Positions 23,176-38,750 of a stretch of DNA of 50,188 nucleotides are shown in pieces. Under the pieces are notes generated by a model. The model was not told where the DNA came from and searched no databases. It saw nothing but the letters and a program-made list of their open reading frames with translations. Positions within the stretch are counted from its first letter, which is position 1. Each line of letters starts with the position of its first letter. The position numbers and the translations under genes are program-made. This DNA is from Kipferlia bialata (taxonomy: Eukaryota), in the NCBI GenBank assembly GCA_003568945.1, contig BDIP01000009.1:1-50188 (forward strand), written 5' to 3'.

Positions 23176-23222
23176 TTGTAGAGTCTACAATGTAGAGTCT
23201 ACAATGTAGAGTCTACAATGTA
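23176..23222. repeat. 14-bp tandem repeat TGTAGAGTCTACAA x3, each unit palindromic
   Basis: ttgtagagtctacaa tgtagagtctacaa tgtagagtctacaa tgta read directly. Confidence 0.9.
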
Positions 23223-23429
23223 TATATGTAGACCAGAAGACTCCAGGCACAGTTTCCTTTGATTGCAATCTCTAGACATGTACCTCTATGAAGGGCACTG
23301 TATCGTAGAGAGATGTAATACTCACAAATACCACATGCTCTTATAGCGGTTATGCCCACGACGAGTTATATGGGGAGCTGAAGACACGCCTTCATATGCC
23401 TTGCTATGCCATGCTCTGCCTGTGACAGA

Positions 23430-24560
23430 GTCCAGACCCTGGACTCCAGAGTGGTATACATCATATGCAGAAGTAGTGACCGGGATGATCCAGGCTGGAC
23501 CACTTCTACGTAGGCAGGGTTACTCAGTGAGTAATTCACACTGTATGGGGGGTCATGCTAGAAACACGGCTCATGACTACTCGAGAACACTCATTCGGGT
23601 ATTAACTTAACACTGAAATATAGGATGGTAGGAGTGAATGATTCCTTGTAGTTAGGTCGAACGGTGTTATGAGAACTGCTATGTATGGGTTTCACGATGC
23701 TGACATAAATAGTTTTCAGTTGACATGTCCCCTGTGAGCTGAGTATGAGCATCGGTACCCAAGTCATGCTAGTGTTGCACTTCAAGAAACTGGGGTCCTG
23801 TGTCCGAGACCTACTGTGTCTGACCTAGCAGACCCAGGAGGCGAGAGTGTTGAAGACAATCTCTGCGACTTCGAGCGCCGAGTATGAAGACTGATCAGGA
23901 GATACACCCTTGTTATGACTTAGACCATTACACTCTCCCCTCTTCACAGAGCAGGAGGACAGAAAGCAAGAGAGCTCGTGTGTTCAGAGTAAACTTCAGA
24001 CAGCGGGTGGGCCAAGTCGAGTACCAGTGGTACTGTACCACTCTATACTTCATGTACCCACAATCAACATAGTCAGGCACTCTCGCCCAGAGTCCTCGAC
24101 TATCTTTGGATGGGCTAACACACCATGGAGTGCCATACGAGAACCTTCATCACTCTAGATAGATACCTATGAGTCCTGGGCCCAGATATGGCAGCACCTA
24201 GGAGTGAGGCATGATCTGGTTGGTCCTAGATTGGGTTCCGGTCAAAGGGGAACCCTACAATGACTCCTTATTGTCGACAATGTCAATGGGGGTCCAAGGG
24301 TGGCCCTAGTATACATGCCGCCAGTCTCTTGCCTGCTCAGTTGGCTAGACACAACATGCTCCCATCGACCAGATCATAGCACGGCTAACAAGGCTAAGGG
24401 CACTGATCTGGCCAAGTATGAGGTGACCGTTGGCCCAACGGTTTGGCCCCTCGACAAAAACCAAAGGGGTTTGCCGCCACTGCCTAGAATCCACCTTATA
24501 TTACACTGCACCACATAGACCCAGAGACATAGGAGTACCTACGTATCCCTGGCACACACA
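23430..24560 (+). mobile_element. Decayed Ty3/gypsy-like LTR retrotransposon pol fragment (RT connection / RNase H / integrase Zn-binding region)
   Basis: PWTPEWYTSYAEVVTGMIQAGPLL (~23440; cf. WTxExxxAFxxLKxxLxxAPVL), *ELLCMGF (~23670), and in one frame HAPIDQIIARLTRLRALIWPSMR*PLAQRF...CRHCL...GVPTYPWH (24355-24555; cf. integrase H2C2 plus PxxPW). Stops present; no host-type introns. Confidence 0.55.
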
Positions 24561-24776
24561 GCCAGAGCACCAGAACACAACTAGAACCTTGCCCCCCCCC
24601 CCCCTGAGTAGTGTGAGTGAGTGCCTCTGAATCCTGCAGGGTAGAGAGGGTGCCTCTAGAGCAGGCCTAGCCCGACACCCAGTAGGTACTAGAGCGATTG
24701 GTGCTCTGCATACATACCTATTACTCGCTGTGTGGTCTCTGATCCCAGGGGTAATAGGCACTCCCCACTGACCCAG

Positions 24777-27700
24777 GCACAAGGGTGTATAAGCACCATG
24801 CCGCGCCAGGGGGAGAGAGAGCGTCCCCCCCCCTCTGCTGACATGGCTATCAACATCCCAGGCAGCTTCACCCAGGTACATATGTATATATAGTAGCCAG
24901 CTTCACTCAGGTGTGTGTGTGTTTGTGCTCCCTCCCCACCTGGGCGCACTATATATACTCCCTTATATACATGGTCTATTCTCATGCAACCCCCCCCCCC
25001 CCCTTACCCTACATTCCAAGTGTCCTGTGCTGATGCTGTTAGGACATGTATGTGTATGTGCATGGGCACTTGCCACGTTTCATATTACCTGTTGCCCAAA
25101 ATGCACCATACCCCCCCCCCCCTTCTCATCCCATGGTAGCCTCCATCCCCAGAGTATCCCTCTGGTGGCTGTGATGCATCATGTATATGTATCATCATGG
25201 ATACTGTACTATGTGTGTGCGTACTGTCTGTAGACACTGCAGTGTACTGTCCCTCACCCCAGGTAGCCTCCTCCTTCGAGGATGCCTCGTATGAGTATGC
25301 AGATGCAGATGCAGATGGCAGTGTGCTGTCCACTCTCGAGGCAGTGTCGCAGCTGGAGGTACAGCAGGGTGTGCATATCCATGTATCCATGTATCCATGT
25401 GTGCATGTTCATATATATATATATATGGCGTTGCGTGTGCCTCTCACCCTCTAGGCTGGTGACACCGTCCTAGTGAGTGACAGCGACAGTGAGGGGCTGG
25501 GAGAGGCTGTCACGTATGGGGTGAGCATGGATGGTCTGCACACGCTGAGGGGGGATGCCAGCCCAGCAAGGTGTGTGTGTATGCATATAGTAGTGTCTTT
25601 TCTTGGGGGGTAGCTTCTCCAGTCTGATATATATATGTCTATGCATCCATGCATCTACATGTTTTTCCCTGATTGATACCCCTATGTAACTGACCCCAGG
25701 CTGAGTAGCTCCGTAAGTGCCATGAGTAACAGACCCTCCCAGCGGTACTCCGCTGGTCTGCCATCAGAGAGACACGAGGAGGGGGAGAGAGAGAGGCGAG
25801 GGCGAGGGGGGGTCGATGGTCAGGGGGGTGAAGTATATGAGCCCCTGGTCACACCCACCCACTCAGAGGGAGAGAGAGAGGGAGAAGGGTGGGAGGGCGG
25901 AGAGACCCACATACTGCGTACACCTGAGGTATATGATGTGTCAATATGGATGTCAATATATGGACCTCTGTGGGTGAGACCTCAGTCGTACCATAGTCTG
26001 CGCAACACCCTCAATATGTGTATACTCTCTATGATTACCACCCCCCTGGTGCCTCACTGTCAGGTCACCATCAGGCGAAAGGGGTCATTTGAGGCCCATT
26101 CAGTGAAGAGAGATAAGGACAGAGAGAGAGAGAGGGAGAGAGAGACCGCAGTGACAGTGACAACCATTAAGGTATTTAGGCGTATGGATATATATATACA
26201 TATGTACATATATACATGTAAAGATAGAGCAATGCTATGGCTGCCTCTCTGTTCACACCAGTACTTGTTGTGTGTACTATATGTATCCACGTACATAGTA
26301 ATGGGAAGCATTTCCCCTCTCTTGTTCACCCCTACCTATACACACTAGATACAGCAGAAGCCGGAAGTGTATGTCTCATTTTGTCATGTCCTCCCTTCCC
26401 GTGCACGTCTCACTTTCTGCTCACCCGTATATACATGTGTAGCTATCCCAACTGACGCCCAACCCAAGGTTGGATATCCACACACCCACATACATATGTA
26501 TATAGCTACCACCCCTCATGTCCAGCCATCCCTCCCTGTGCTCCAGAGGGGCAGGTCCAGCCAGGGGGAGAGGGAGAGGGAGAGAGAGAGAGACTCCAGG
26601 CCTAGCAGTGCACTCATGCTGGCCGGAATGGCACTGCCAGACATAGGTGGGGGTCGCACCGTGATGCATGGATATATACACATTCATATCTGGAGACCCC
26701 ATTTATCCCCCCATCTATATCCATATCCAGTATACATCCCCTCATCCCAGACCCTGTATCCGACTCTGATGAAGCCATGACCCCAAGAGGGAGGGAGAGA
26801 GAGAGAGAGAGACCGAGGGTGGTGGTTTCAGACGTGGATGAGCACGGGGTCATATTCAAGGTACAGACACTCACACTGTAGATACAAGTACCCACTAGTT
26901 CTTACTCAGTGTATGTTTGAACATCTTGCACCTATCTACACACGATACCCCCCCCCCCCCTTTCCGCTTACCCCCTAGGACACCAGGTCCATCCTGATGG
27001 GGGGTAGTTCCATAGGGCAGAGAGACACACAGGCACATGCACATAGGAGGGAGGGGGACGAGGCACTGTCTCTGCCGCTGCCCCTGGGGCCATCAGGGTT
27101 TAAGGGTGCAGAGAGAGAGAGAGAGACTCTGATGCACCAGCTGGGGGGCTCCACCTACACCCCTCCCCACGTGGCATCTACTAAGCCCCTGTTCCTCAAC
27201 CTCAGCCAGGTGGGTTAGGGTGTGTATCGATGTATGCATCTCTCTATGCTGCCCTCTATCTATACTGTCTACCTCTATACTATCATCTCTGTCCCCCCAC
27301 GCCAAGGCCACTGTGGCCAAGCTGAGTGCCCGGGGTGTGTCAGGATCCTACATGACACAGACACAGACACCCCAAGGGAAACCTAGGTAGGGGTGTAGTC
27401 ATGTACATATATATATCTATATCAGGAAGGGTACATGTTTGCATGTATACTTACCATGTATCTCTCTTCCGTGTGTCTATCATACCAGGGTGTCTTGTGT
27501 CAGTGATCTTATCCCAAGCACCATACATATATATGTACCTATCTATCTACCCTGGGTACATACCTTCCAGCCTCTGATATACCCAGGGTGTCTAGTGATA
27601 TGCCAAGCACTGTACATACTTGTGTATCTGTCAATCTATGTATGCAATCACACCTTCCAGCCTCTTATATGCCCAGGGTCTCCAATGTGATCCTAGCCCC

Positions 27701-29167
27701 CATGGGAACCAGACCCCACATACCCACCCGCACCAACGAGGGGGGGACAGAGGGGGAGAGAGAGAGAGAGGCGGGAGGGGGCGCCCTGTCCCTGTCTACC
27801 CACACCCACACCTCCCTACAGCCTGCTCCTGCCTCGACCCCCACTGCCTCTGCCTCTGCCTCTGCGGCGGTACTGCCTGACGGGACAGGGTCAGGAGTAA
27901 AGGGTGTAGGAGTAAAGGGTGTAGGGGCAGGGGGTGCTGGGCAGGGGATGGTCAGTACCCACACCCCCCTCATCACTATGGAACTGCCCGAGGGCCTGGG
28001 CGAGGGGGACAGAGAGGGGGAGAGAGAGCTGCTTGGGTCCATACCGGCCAAGAGGGCACTGCCACGGTATGAATATATACACATATATACATACATATAT
28101 ATATATACATACATATATATGTATGAAAGTGATCAAGAGGGCACTGCCACGGTATGAATATATATATATATATATATAGGGAGGTGTGTGATGCATATAC
28201 GTTAGTTTGGATAATAGTGATTGTGGTTCTCCCATCTGTTGGAGTGTCAGTATTAGTCTCTCTGGTCCTAAAGGCCCAGGTGGAGTCATACTGTTACTTG
28301 GAGAGAGTTATGCAATGTCTGGACTGAATTCCTGTTCAATATGTGTGTATGTTCCTCACCCCTAGAGCCGTCAGTCCGTCCGGCCTGAGACCCACCACCA
28401 GAGAGAGGGAGAGGGAGAGGGAGAGGGAGAGAGAGAAGGTGGTCACTTCTCAGGTGGCCCTGTCCCTTCCAGGTACGCCTCGCTTCTCTCTCTCTCTCCC
28501 TCTCTCCATTGCCTCTCCCCCTGTACCTTAATCATTAGGTGGCGTGCAACGCAGGGCCCCCAAGCGTGCCCAGTACACCAAACCCACCCCCAGACGCAGG
28601 GGAGGGGCGAAGGGGAAGAGGGGGCAGAGGGAGAGAGGCGGAGAGGGTGACAGCGGACCTGTATCCCACTTCCCCCATGTCCCTAGGCAGCATGTACCCA
28701 GGTGTGTGTGTGTGTGTATGTGTATGATACTTTGCATGGTGCTAGGTGTCCAGGGGCACATGCCCCTAGGGGTATGGTAGTGTTCATATATGGGTCCTCA
28801 TACACACTGGTGGTCTAGTGTGTGAGACGCCTCTCTCTCTCTCTCTCTCTATGTTAACATACATGAATACTAACCCCTCAGGAATGTCTGGCCGGACTCT
28901 GACCGAGACATTGGGTCAGACGGGGTGTATGCAGATGGGGTATATGCAGGGCACACTGACACAGACACCGACGGAGGGGGCAGGGTGCCCAGTCACCTCA
29001 CTAGGTACTCTCCCTCTTTCCTCCCTCTCACACACACACACTCACACACACACACACACACAGTCTCTGCCGGTATCTCACCCCCAGGTCGTATATCGGA
29101 GGTGACCTCCTGGGGTCTGTGGGGCCATTCTACAACAGTGCCCAGGTATATACAGTGCATGTGCATT

Positions 29168-29205
<38 letters not shown>

Positions 29206-32200
29206 TATATAATAACTGTTCAGGTACATTCCCATATAGATCTTTTGTATTGAGAGTATTGGTCTTGTGTACTGTTGCTGTGCCATAACCCCAGGCCGAG
29301 ATGGCTAGGCAGGCTGAGTATGAGAGAGAGAGAGAGAGAGAGGGTTCAGATGGGGTCGATGGCGCCTCTTTCGACATGGGCCAGGTCTACATGTCTCTGC
29401 CGTCCAGGTATGGAGGGCGTGTGTATAGTGTGTATATAGTGTGCATACACATACACCCCTCACCCGTAGGATGGGGGGCACCAGGAGAGTGACCCTGAAT
29501 GGCCAGGACATACCCGACGAGTACAGGACATCCAAACAGACGGAGAGGTAGGGGTTGGATATTGACTCTGGATACGGAATAGATTCACACACAGTGTGTA
29601 TTCAGTGGCGTATACTCTACTCACGCAGCTACAACCCCCCGTCGGCCAGAGGGACAGAGGGAGAGAGAGACACTCTGGAAGAGTCTGCCTCCCAGACAGA
29701 GACCCACTCGGAGGGAGAGAGGTATTGGGTGTGCATATATATATATATATATTATCATGCTACCCCTCTCTCACCAGCTGTATGCACTTCATACCCCATA
29801 TCCTCTATACACCCTATACACCCTATACATTACGCGTCCTGACCCCAGTGCCAGTGTGTCTGACCTGATCGACAGAGATGACAGGGAGGGGGAGAGGGAG
29901 AGAGACAGAGAGACCGGGTCGGAGAGTGACACCGTCATCTACGTGGATATGGGAGGGGCCGCACAGAAGGCAAGGTATGCAGGGTGTGTATACAGTGTAT
30001 ACAGGTGGGGATGTGTTTGGGTCTCCTGATATGATATGACTATCTCTGTCTCACTGAATCTCCCGCTGGACCCCTATTGACACAAACAGGGATCTGGCCG
30101 CTGACAGGGAGAGAGAGAGAGTGCGCAAGGCCAAGGCACAGGAGGATAGAGAGAGACAGGAGGAGGCCGACAGGAGAAAGGTATTATATGTGTATAGTGT
30201 AGGGGGTAGAAGTTATGTTAGACGACAGGTGGCCGACAGGATAAATATTCATGTGTGTACAATGTACACTGTACATATATGGATATATCAAATAAGCATT
30301 TGGCAAGGAGACGTATATGTACTCTGCCCCCTCCCCCCCCCTCCCCCCGCCCTCTCTCCCTCACCCTAGGCCACCATTCAATCCCCCTATGAGTTCCATG
30401 GGAAGAGCCTCAAGGAGAGCCTGGAGAGACGGGTAAGGGTGTGTGTATATGGATCATGTGTTCTCTTTCCTGTGTGTCATGTATAGTGTGTATGTATATC
30501 ATATGGCGTTGGTCATTACGTGACACTGCCTGACCCTACTGATATTGACCCTTATTGACCCCCAGGCCCAAGAGAAGGAGAGAGACCGCAAGAGCAGGGA
30601 GAGACGGTCTAGGCGCAGGAGGCAGAGAGAAGCGCTAGGTGTGTGATGTGTGTAGCATCTATGTGGAAGAATACCTGTTACATACCCCCTCATATAGAGG
30701 GTGAGGTAGAGTGAGAGAGAAGCATTATCATTAGCTAGGGTTGTCAATAGCACTACAAGTGTTTCGATACACCTCCCCCCCCTGCCCCTCTTCTCTCACC
30801 CTAGTACCCCAGAGTGGCACAGATGCCCCCACCTCCCAGACAGACACCGGGGGGGAGGAGGAGAGAGAGAGAGAGAGAGAGAGACGCAGAGTGAAGGTTG
30901 GTTGGAGTATCTGCATACCATGGGTATACATTCTAAGTCATGTGGATGTTCTTGGTGTATATCATTGATACGCTAGACCAACATTCATGTCCAGGTTGAT
31001 GGCAAGTGTATATGAATTGATATTGAGACAGATATATATCAGCTGTATACAGTGTATTGTGTACACACACATGTATATCCCCATGCCACTGATCGTGATT
31101 CCCTCCCTCACCCCAGGCCACCCTGCCTGCCCAGACAGACATTATGCCGGAGGAGTCGCTGGATGCCATGAGGTGGGTGGATGTGTATGGGTGTATGTAT
31201 GGGTGTGTGGGTATCCGGAATAACCGACACTCCACTACCGTGTGCAAATGTAATTGTGTACTGCCTCCTCAGGGAATGGACTGGATATATCATGCTAGGG
31301 AGGGGTGAATACTATAGTTACACCATTGTACACTGTGTGGCTGTGTCTTCTATACCTATATACCTATATCTCACACTCTATACCTATATCTCACCCTCTA
31401 TAACCCCCTCAATATCCCCATATGTTTCCTCCTCAATATGTGTATGTACACAGTCTATCCATGTCTATCCACCTGTCCATGTCTCTCTGCTCATCCTCTA
31501 GGTACCTGACCGAGTCCAGGCCCTATCTCGACAGACACCTAGGCACACAGCTTGGGAGGAGCAGCAGGTGTGGATAGATATAGTAGTATTGATATGTGTA
31601 GAGATAGAGTAGTATTGATGCAGCTCGGTAGGGGCAGCAGGTGTGGATAGAGTAGTGCTGGTACATATATCAGTGTAAATACCTATATATCAAGACTGCA
31701 TCCTGTTAATATATGCATCCCACTCCAGGCCCAACTCGCGTAACACCGCCACCCCCAAGAGCCATACCCCCACTGTGAAGGGTCGCCACCCCAGGGGTAA
31801 GGGGTCTAGGGGTGGGGGGGCTCAGTCCCGGCAGCGGATATCAAGGTATGGTAGTGGATGTGTGTTTGTGTATATTCATAGCGAAGAAATCCTGACAGAG
31901 GACATATCAATGTCGGTCCTGGTATTCCTCAGCTTAGACACTATACATATACATATACACATACATGTACAGCTCTGTCTCTGTCTCTGCCTCTGCTTCT
32001 GTCTGACCCCCAGCTGGGGCGGGTCTGACCCCCTCTCGGCCACTAGACCCAGTCGGACAGGGGTCATGGCAACACCCACACAGAAGGTGGGTAGAGAGTA
32101 CACCCCTGCCTCCCAACCCCCCCCCCCTCACCCCAGTCCCGATCCAGTGCTGTCACCCTCGGTCTTGGTTCCCTACCCCCAGGCACCGGGGGGGTGCACT

Positions 32201-35200
32201 CACCAAGTAAGGGCATGTATATATATGTGTATGTGTCTGCATGATAAATGTACCTACCGAGTGATACCGCCTCATCCCAGGTCTATTTCTCCCTGATACC
32301 GCAGAGGACAGTGCCTCTCTCAAGAAGAGCATATTGATAGCCAGGTATACACACACTGTACAGTGTTTATATTATGTATGTGTATGGCATGGAACTGACT
32401 CGTCTGTGTGAGGAGACGGAGACCCCCTTTTCCTAATTACCTGTGTATTGGTGTTTGTAGCTATATCACATACCGTATTTATGCCCCCTCCTTCCCACCC
32501 TAGGAAGAGGGCCGAGGAGAGAGAGAGAGACAGGAAGAGGGTGTCCCAGACCAGAGGCCCTGGCGGCATGATGGCCATGAACAACAGGGGGAGGTATGTG
32601 GTGTATATATAGTATATATAGTAACAGGGGGAGGCATGTAGTGTATATATATATATCCATCTCACCCCCTCATCCTATACTCTCTGTACATATCCATTGT
32701 ATGCATACCCCTCCCTCACCCCTAGGACCTATGACAGGAGGAGAGGCGTCGTGTCAACCAGACCCGGCCTAGGTACTCATAGTGTATTGTGTATCAGTGT
32801 TTCCGGATGGTATATAATGTATCAATACATCATCAATACATCATCAATACATCATCAATACATCATCAATACATCNNNNNTACATCATCAATACATCATC
32901 AATACATCATCAATACATCATCAATACATCATCAAAAGTACAGACCTGGCCTAGGTAGACAATGGATGTATCGGTGCTCTGTTGCATATTTCGTAGATGA
33001 TATACATTTGCATTTATATGGGCCAGTCCCAACCCCTTGTGTATCCATGTATATCCATGTCTATCCATGTCTATCCAAGTCAATCCTTGTATATCCATGC
33101 ACATTCTCACCCTCTAGGCACCAGTCCGGCCAAGCCCCAGCGTCTGGTGCTGACCAACCTGTTTGGAGGAGGTATGTGTGGATAGTGCATATTGTTTATG
33201 TTCTGTATATACAGTGGAGGAGATAGGATGGGTGTGGATGTAGATGGATACGCTGGGTTTCTCTTACTGTTTACGTTCTATGGTAGCATCATATACCCAG
33301 CGCCTTGAGAGGTTTGGATATACTCTATACATGACCATACTGTCTTATACATATATCCTTTCATCTCTATACCTATCGTACCACTCACCCAGCCTCCCTG
33401 GGAGGGTTTGGGTCAGGGGAGGCGGACTCTGAGGACCCTGCTGAGATACTGAGGCAGAGGCTGGGGCGCATAGCACCCAGGAAGAGAGAGGCACCCCAGG
33501 TCGGTATCAGTATATATATGTATGGTATCTGATACTGAATATATATACTGATACTGGAGAGAGGTCGGCATGTGTTTGTGTATTTATTTATGTGTGTGTA
33601 CACTCCAAGTGTTCTGGTGGGAAGAAGCGACAGAGGCTGTATATATACACCCATACACTGACACTGACGCTGACCCCAGGTGTTCCGGTATGGGAGGAAG
33701 AAGCTAGTGGAGAGGGAACAGGCCAAGACCATCAAGAAGTGAGTGGGGACATGTAGATGTGCATGTATATGGTCTATTATTCATTTAGTATTGGGATTGC
33801 ATATATATGTATGGAACATGCCAAGGCGTGAGTCTATGTATCACTAGCGAGAACCCATCACATGTATATATGCAATAATGAGTTTATGTGGATATCCTCT
33901 TGTGATATCCCTCATCTCTGCAGGTATATATTGTCTATACCCTCTCACCCCAGGAACAGATCCACCACCCCCAGCGGTGCAGACCAGTCACTCACAAAGG
34001 TAGTGTATAGTAGTGTATATATGGACTGGTGGATATAGTATATATATGTATATATGTATATGCCGATATATGTTGAAAGGTCACTCACAAGGGTACATGT
34101 GTATAGTTATGCATTCAGTTTCTAGACAGGGGTATCTCCACCTCTAATTATACCTCACCCTGTGCATTGAGAGTCGACTAACAATACGAGTATCCATCTA
34201 TCTATATGCTTACTCTTCTGACCCCCAAGGCCAGTATATACGTATATGTATATGCCCATATATATAGGTATACTCCTCTGACATCTCAGGGTGGCAAGGG
34301 AGCATCGTATACGTCAGGATATACGTTTTTGTATTTGTATATATACCCATACATATATACACATATCTATCTATCTATCTCTATATATCTATATATACCT
34401 CTGACATCTCAGGGTGGCAAGGGCGTGCAGGGCGAGGCAGCCCAGGGGCACAATGTGACAGTGCACCTAGTCGCAGGGGGGGGACTAGGTACTTGGTTTG
34501 GAATTGGGGTTATTATGTATATATATATATATATATATAGTATGTATATATATATACTCTGACTGGAGAGGAACATATATATGTATAGTGATATCCATAT
34601 GTATGTATAGTGATGTCATGACATGTACCGCCTTCCCCCGCTCTTAGGCATTGGTGTCCTAGGGGACAGGGTCAGTATGTATCTGTAACTGTATCTGTGT
34701 GTACTGTCTGTATTCACATGCACCCCCTCTCCCCTTAGGCAATGGTCTACCCGAGGGCAGGGTCAGAGGGGCAGCCCTGGTACCCGGGGACATGCCGCCC
34801 AACGTTGGGTATGGCATAGATATACCATATATGAATAGTACTACATACATGTTCATGGGGCAGATGGGCATATGTATGTCTCCAGTGTCTCCCTCCCACC
34901 CTCAGACAGGGCCTGGCCCTACTCGACACCCAGGACACAGGGTTCGATGCATCTGCTCTCCTCACTAATAGGTGGGTGGGACATGTGCAGTCATATGTTG
35001 AAGTACCAAATGTGTATTGGTGTGTGTGGTAGTGCTATGCACTGTCTTTGTACATCTGGAGTATCTATATCTACCTATCTCTCTCTGTATGTCTATCACA
35101 CCCCAGTGCCGCCCTTCAGTCCTCCACCCTCACTGGTATATTTACATCTATATATCTATATATATATATATATCCATGTATATATCTATATCTCTCTGTA

Positions 35201-37225
35201 TGTCCATGCTTCTTCCCCCAGTGCGGCCCTCCAGTCCTCTACGTTGACTGGTATGTGGGGCAGGGCCAACACCCCCACCACCCCTGCCTCTATACAGCAG
35301 AGAGAGCTGGCTCGGGAGAGAGAGAGAGAGCGGTCCAGACAGAGGGAGAGAGAGGTGGAGCAAGGAGGGGAGATTGGCTCAGTGGTACTCGCCAGTGGAC
35401 AGCTCGGGAAGGGTGAGATAGTGTCATAGAGACTCAGGGGGACACATACCTCTCATGCTTGTACTTGATACATTTGTGGATTCGTTCATGCCACGTACAT
35501 ATGATGATATGTGTACACCCCCATCCCTCACCCCAGACCAGGGTGTAACTGAGAAGCCAGTGAGTCCTGGGTTCCCAAGCAAGGTGAGTGTAATAATCTG
35601 CATGTGATCAATGGTATAGTGCGTCTTTCGTCACCCATGACCTTAACCTTGTCACAAATGATAGTGTATATATATGTGTGTATATGTATATGAGTGTGTG
35701 ACCTCACCCCAGGGTCCCCTCCACCGACCCCAGAGAAAGAGGGGGGAGGGAGAGAGGGGTGGGTCTCGATCCACAAGCCCTACCCTGCTGGGACATGGGT
35801 CAGAGGCAGAGAGAGAGAGGGAGAGGGAGAGAGAGAGAGAGAGAGCCATGGAGGCTGACAGGGAGAGAGAGAGGGGTGAGATGCAGTCCCACATTGACAG
35901 TGCTCTGGCAAGGGTCAAGGTATATGCTGTGTGTACAGTGCATATGTATATACCTATGTGTACATGTGTATGGGTATTCTAGTATATATAGGTGCATGGA
36001 TATGCACACATGGCGAGAGAGAGAATGGGAGAGAGTCAGCTATTGACAGTGCAGTGTCAAAGTGGTAGTTTGCCATTCTACGTATTCACACTTCATCCCT
36101 CACCCTCAGTCCATTGACGGTGTTCCCTCCTCCCACTCCTCTGCACATGCCTCTGCCCATGTATCTGTTGACAGTGTGCACTCTACTGGTCCTCTGTCCC
36201 CCCCTGCTGTCGTATTAGACTATGGCCACACACACTCAGTCTCGTCTGATGATGACATGGGTATGGGGCATCATCATCATCCTCATGCCATGCAACCAGA
36301 GGCAGAGACAGACACTGAGTCTGAGAGAGAGGACATCACAACCAGCGGCAGTGAGGCAGATATGGTGGGGGGATGTGTATGTATATTACCTTCCGTCCTC
36401 GGAGGATTATTGTGTATTTGTGTATTTGTACCCTACTATGTACCCTTGACCCTCATGAGGGATGACCTGATACTTATTATGTACGTTATATGATTATGTA
36501 CAGTGTATATCCATACCCTTGACCCCCAGGAGGGTGATGACCTCCCCGTCCCCCTCACCCTTGGTACCATGTCCAGGATGAACGATGCACCAGAGAGGTA
36601 TGGACACATAGATACATGTATACCACCCATATCTGTACATATATGTGACACGATGCCACAGAGAGGTATGGACACATGTACATATGTATACACATACTCA
36701 TAGATGTGTATTACTAGTATTCCACCTCTATCTACACCTCCATACCCCCCCTCACCCCCCAGTGCCCCTGGGACAGGTCACAGCATGTCACGGGACGGCA
36801 GGTATAATACATACACTCTGTGTATACATCTATTACATGGGCGCATTGGTGTGGAGTTTAGTTATGATTATCATGGATTATGTGTGGCAAGTGGTATTTG
36901 ATACACTCCACCTCTGAGTCTCCATGACCTCGATAGTAGTAGTATAGTATAGTACATAGTCTTACCCCCAGCCCCACATACCTGGACGAGGATGAGGAGA
37001 GAGAGAGGCAGGAGTACCTGGCTAGACTGCAGGTGGCCGAGGGGGGGAACGAGAATATCGCAGGTGGGGCATGTATATGTGTATGTGTGTATACAGGTCC
37101 TGCTGCTATGTATATAGATGCTACTTCCCCACTTATAGTTTGTACGATGACAGATATCTATACCATATTAATTAATACACCACTCTGTTCCCACCCCAGG
37201 CCCCCACCCCCTGTCCCATTGATTC

Positions 37226-37259
<34 letters not shown>

Positions 37260-38710
37260 CTACACTCCAACATCCTATATCCCACCTACCCCAGGCCCCC
37301 ACCCCCTGTCCCACCCGCCTAGTACAGAGGGTGCAGACAGTATAGAGGGTGTAGACAGGGGACACCTAGTGTTCAACAGTGAGGGGGAGACACACACAGA
37401 GGTATCCATAGATATACATGCATAGAGTGGAGGTCTTTCATCTGCCATTGCCATGTATAGATCTCTCACCTTCTATCTGACTATCCTCCCCCTCACCCCA
37501 GTCTCACTGCATCAGTATCAGTATCATATCCTGTATCCATGCCTCACCCCAGTCTGACTCTGTGTCTTCAGGCAGGGAGTCCGAGGCCGGGTTTGCCATG
37601 CACAGACTGCCATCTGACGAAGGTATTGTATGGTGGTGTATATACATATGTATATATATGTATATACACCATATGATACTGCTTTGAGGAGGTTCTGGTC
37701 TCGCAGTTACATATGACTGTGTGGTGTGTATATCTGTAGTCTATAGCACCCTCACCTTCCAGGCCCCGGTCTGTCCCTCCCCCTGACCCCATCTGGTGTC
37801 ACAGGGGGAGAGGGAGAGGCAGGGTTTGGACAGGAGTCATCAGGGATGGATACAGGTGTGTGTGTGTGGTATAGTCATTGTACTTATGGTTATGGGTATC
37901 CAGGAGCTGATGATTGAACAGTGTCTACTCATTGAATCCATGTGCATACAGCTCAGTACCTATCTCTGACTATCTCTGACTATGCAATACTGTCTACACT
38001 CCAGGCACCTCTGAGGACCGGCCCCCGTCCAAGACAGGGAGGAGACGGAAGGGGAAGAAGAAGGGGAAGAGATCCGCCAGCAAGGGTACGGGTGATACTA
38101 TACATGGTGATGTGTATATACTATTGGATGAGATATCACTGTATATATGTATATATGTATAAGTGCGTCAAGCCGACTGGATATTCTGTGCAATTACTGT
38201 TGATACACTTCTCCCATCCTCGGCTATTCTGCGTCCCCACCTCATACTATATACCTCATACTATATACCGATACCAGTAGGATATATATATCACGATGCG
38301 TATACCTACCCCAGGCAAGAAGAGGCCGTCCTCCCGAGGCAAGAAGAGTAAGGGAAAGGGGAAGAAGGGTGCTAAGGCCACTAAGAAGACTAAGAGAGAC
38401 GCCACGGGGGTGACCTCTGTCGACAAGCCTCCCCTGCCAACCAAGGGTGGGTGCATAGTAGTATATATATACATACATACATACAAATATATATATATAC
38501 ACATCAACCACTGCCAACCAAGGGTGGGTGCATATTGGGTGTATAGTAGTATACTCATAAGTGTTCACTACCCCATGTGTCCATATATGTATATTTGAAT
38601 CTCTACCCCCAGGCCGCAAGCCCCCCCGCCCCGTGCAGTCTGCCACCCAGGAGAGACCACCCATGCACAGCATACCCGTCAAGAGGTATCAGTATCAGTA
38701 TCATATCTAG

Positions 38711-38750
<40 letters not shown>

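Noticed and set aside
34413..34490. C2-like domain start (HNVTVHLVAGGGL)
   Set aside because: Only a single strand-like match; the following exons do not continue a recognisable C2 pattern.
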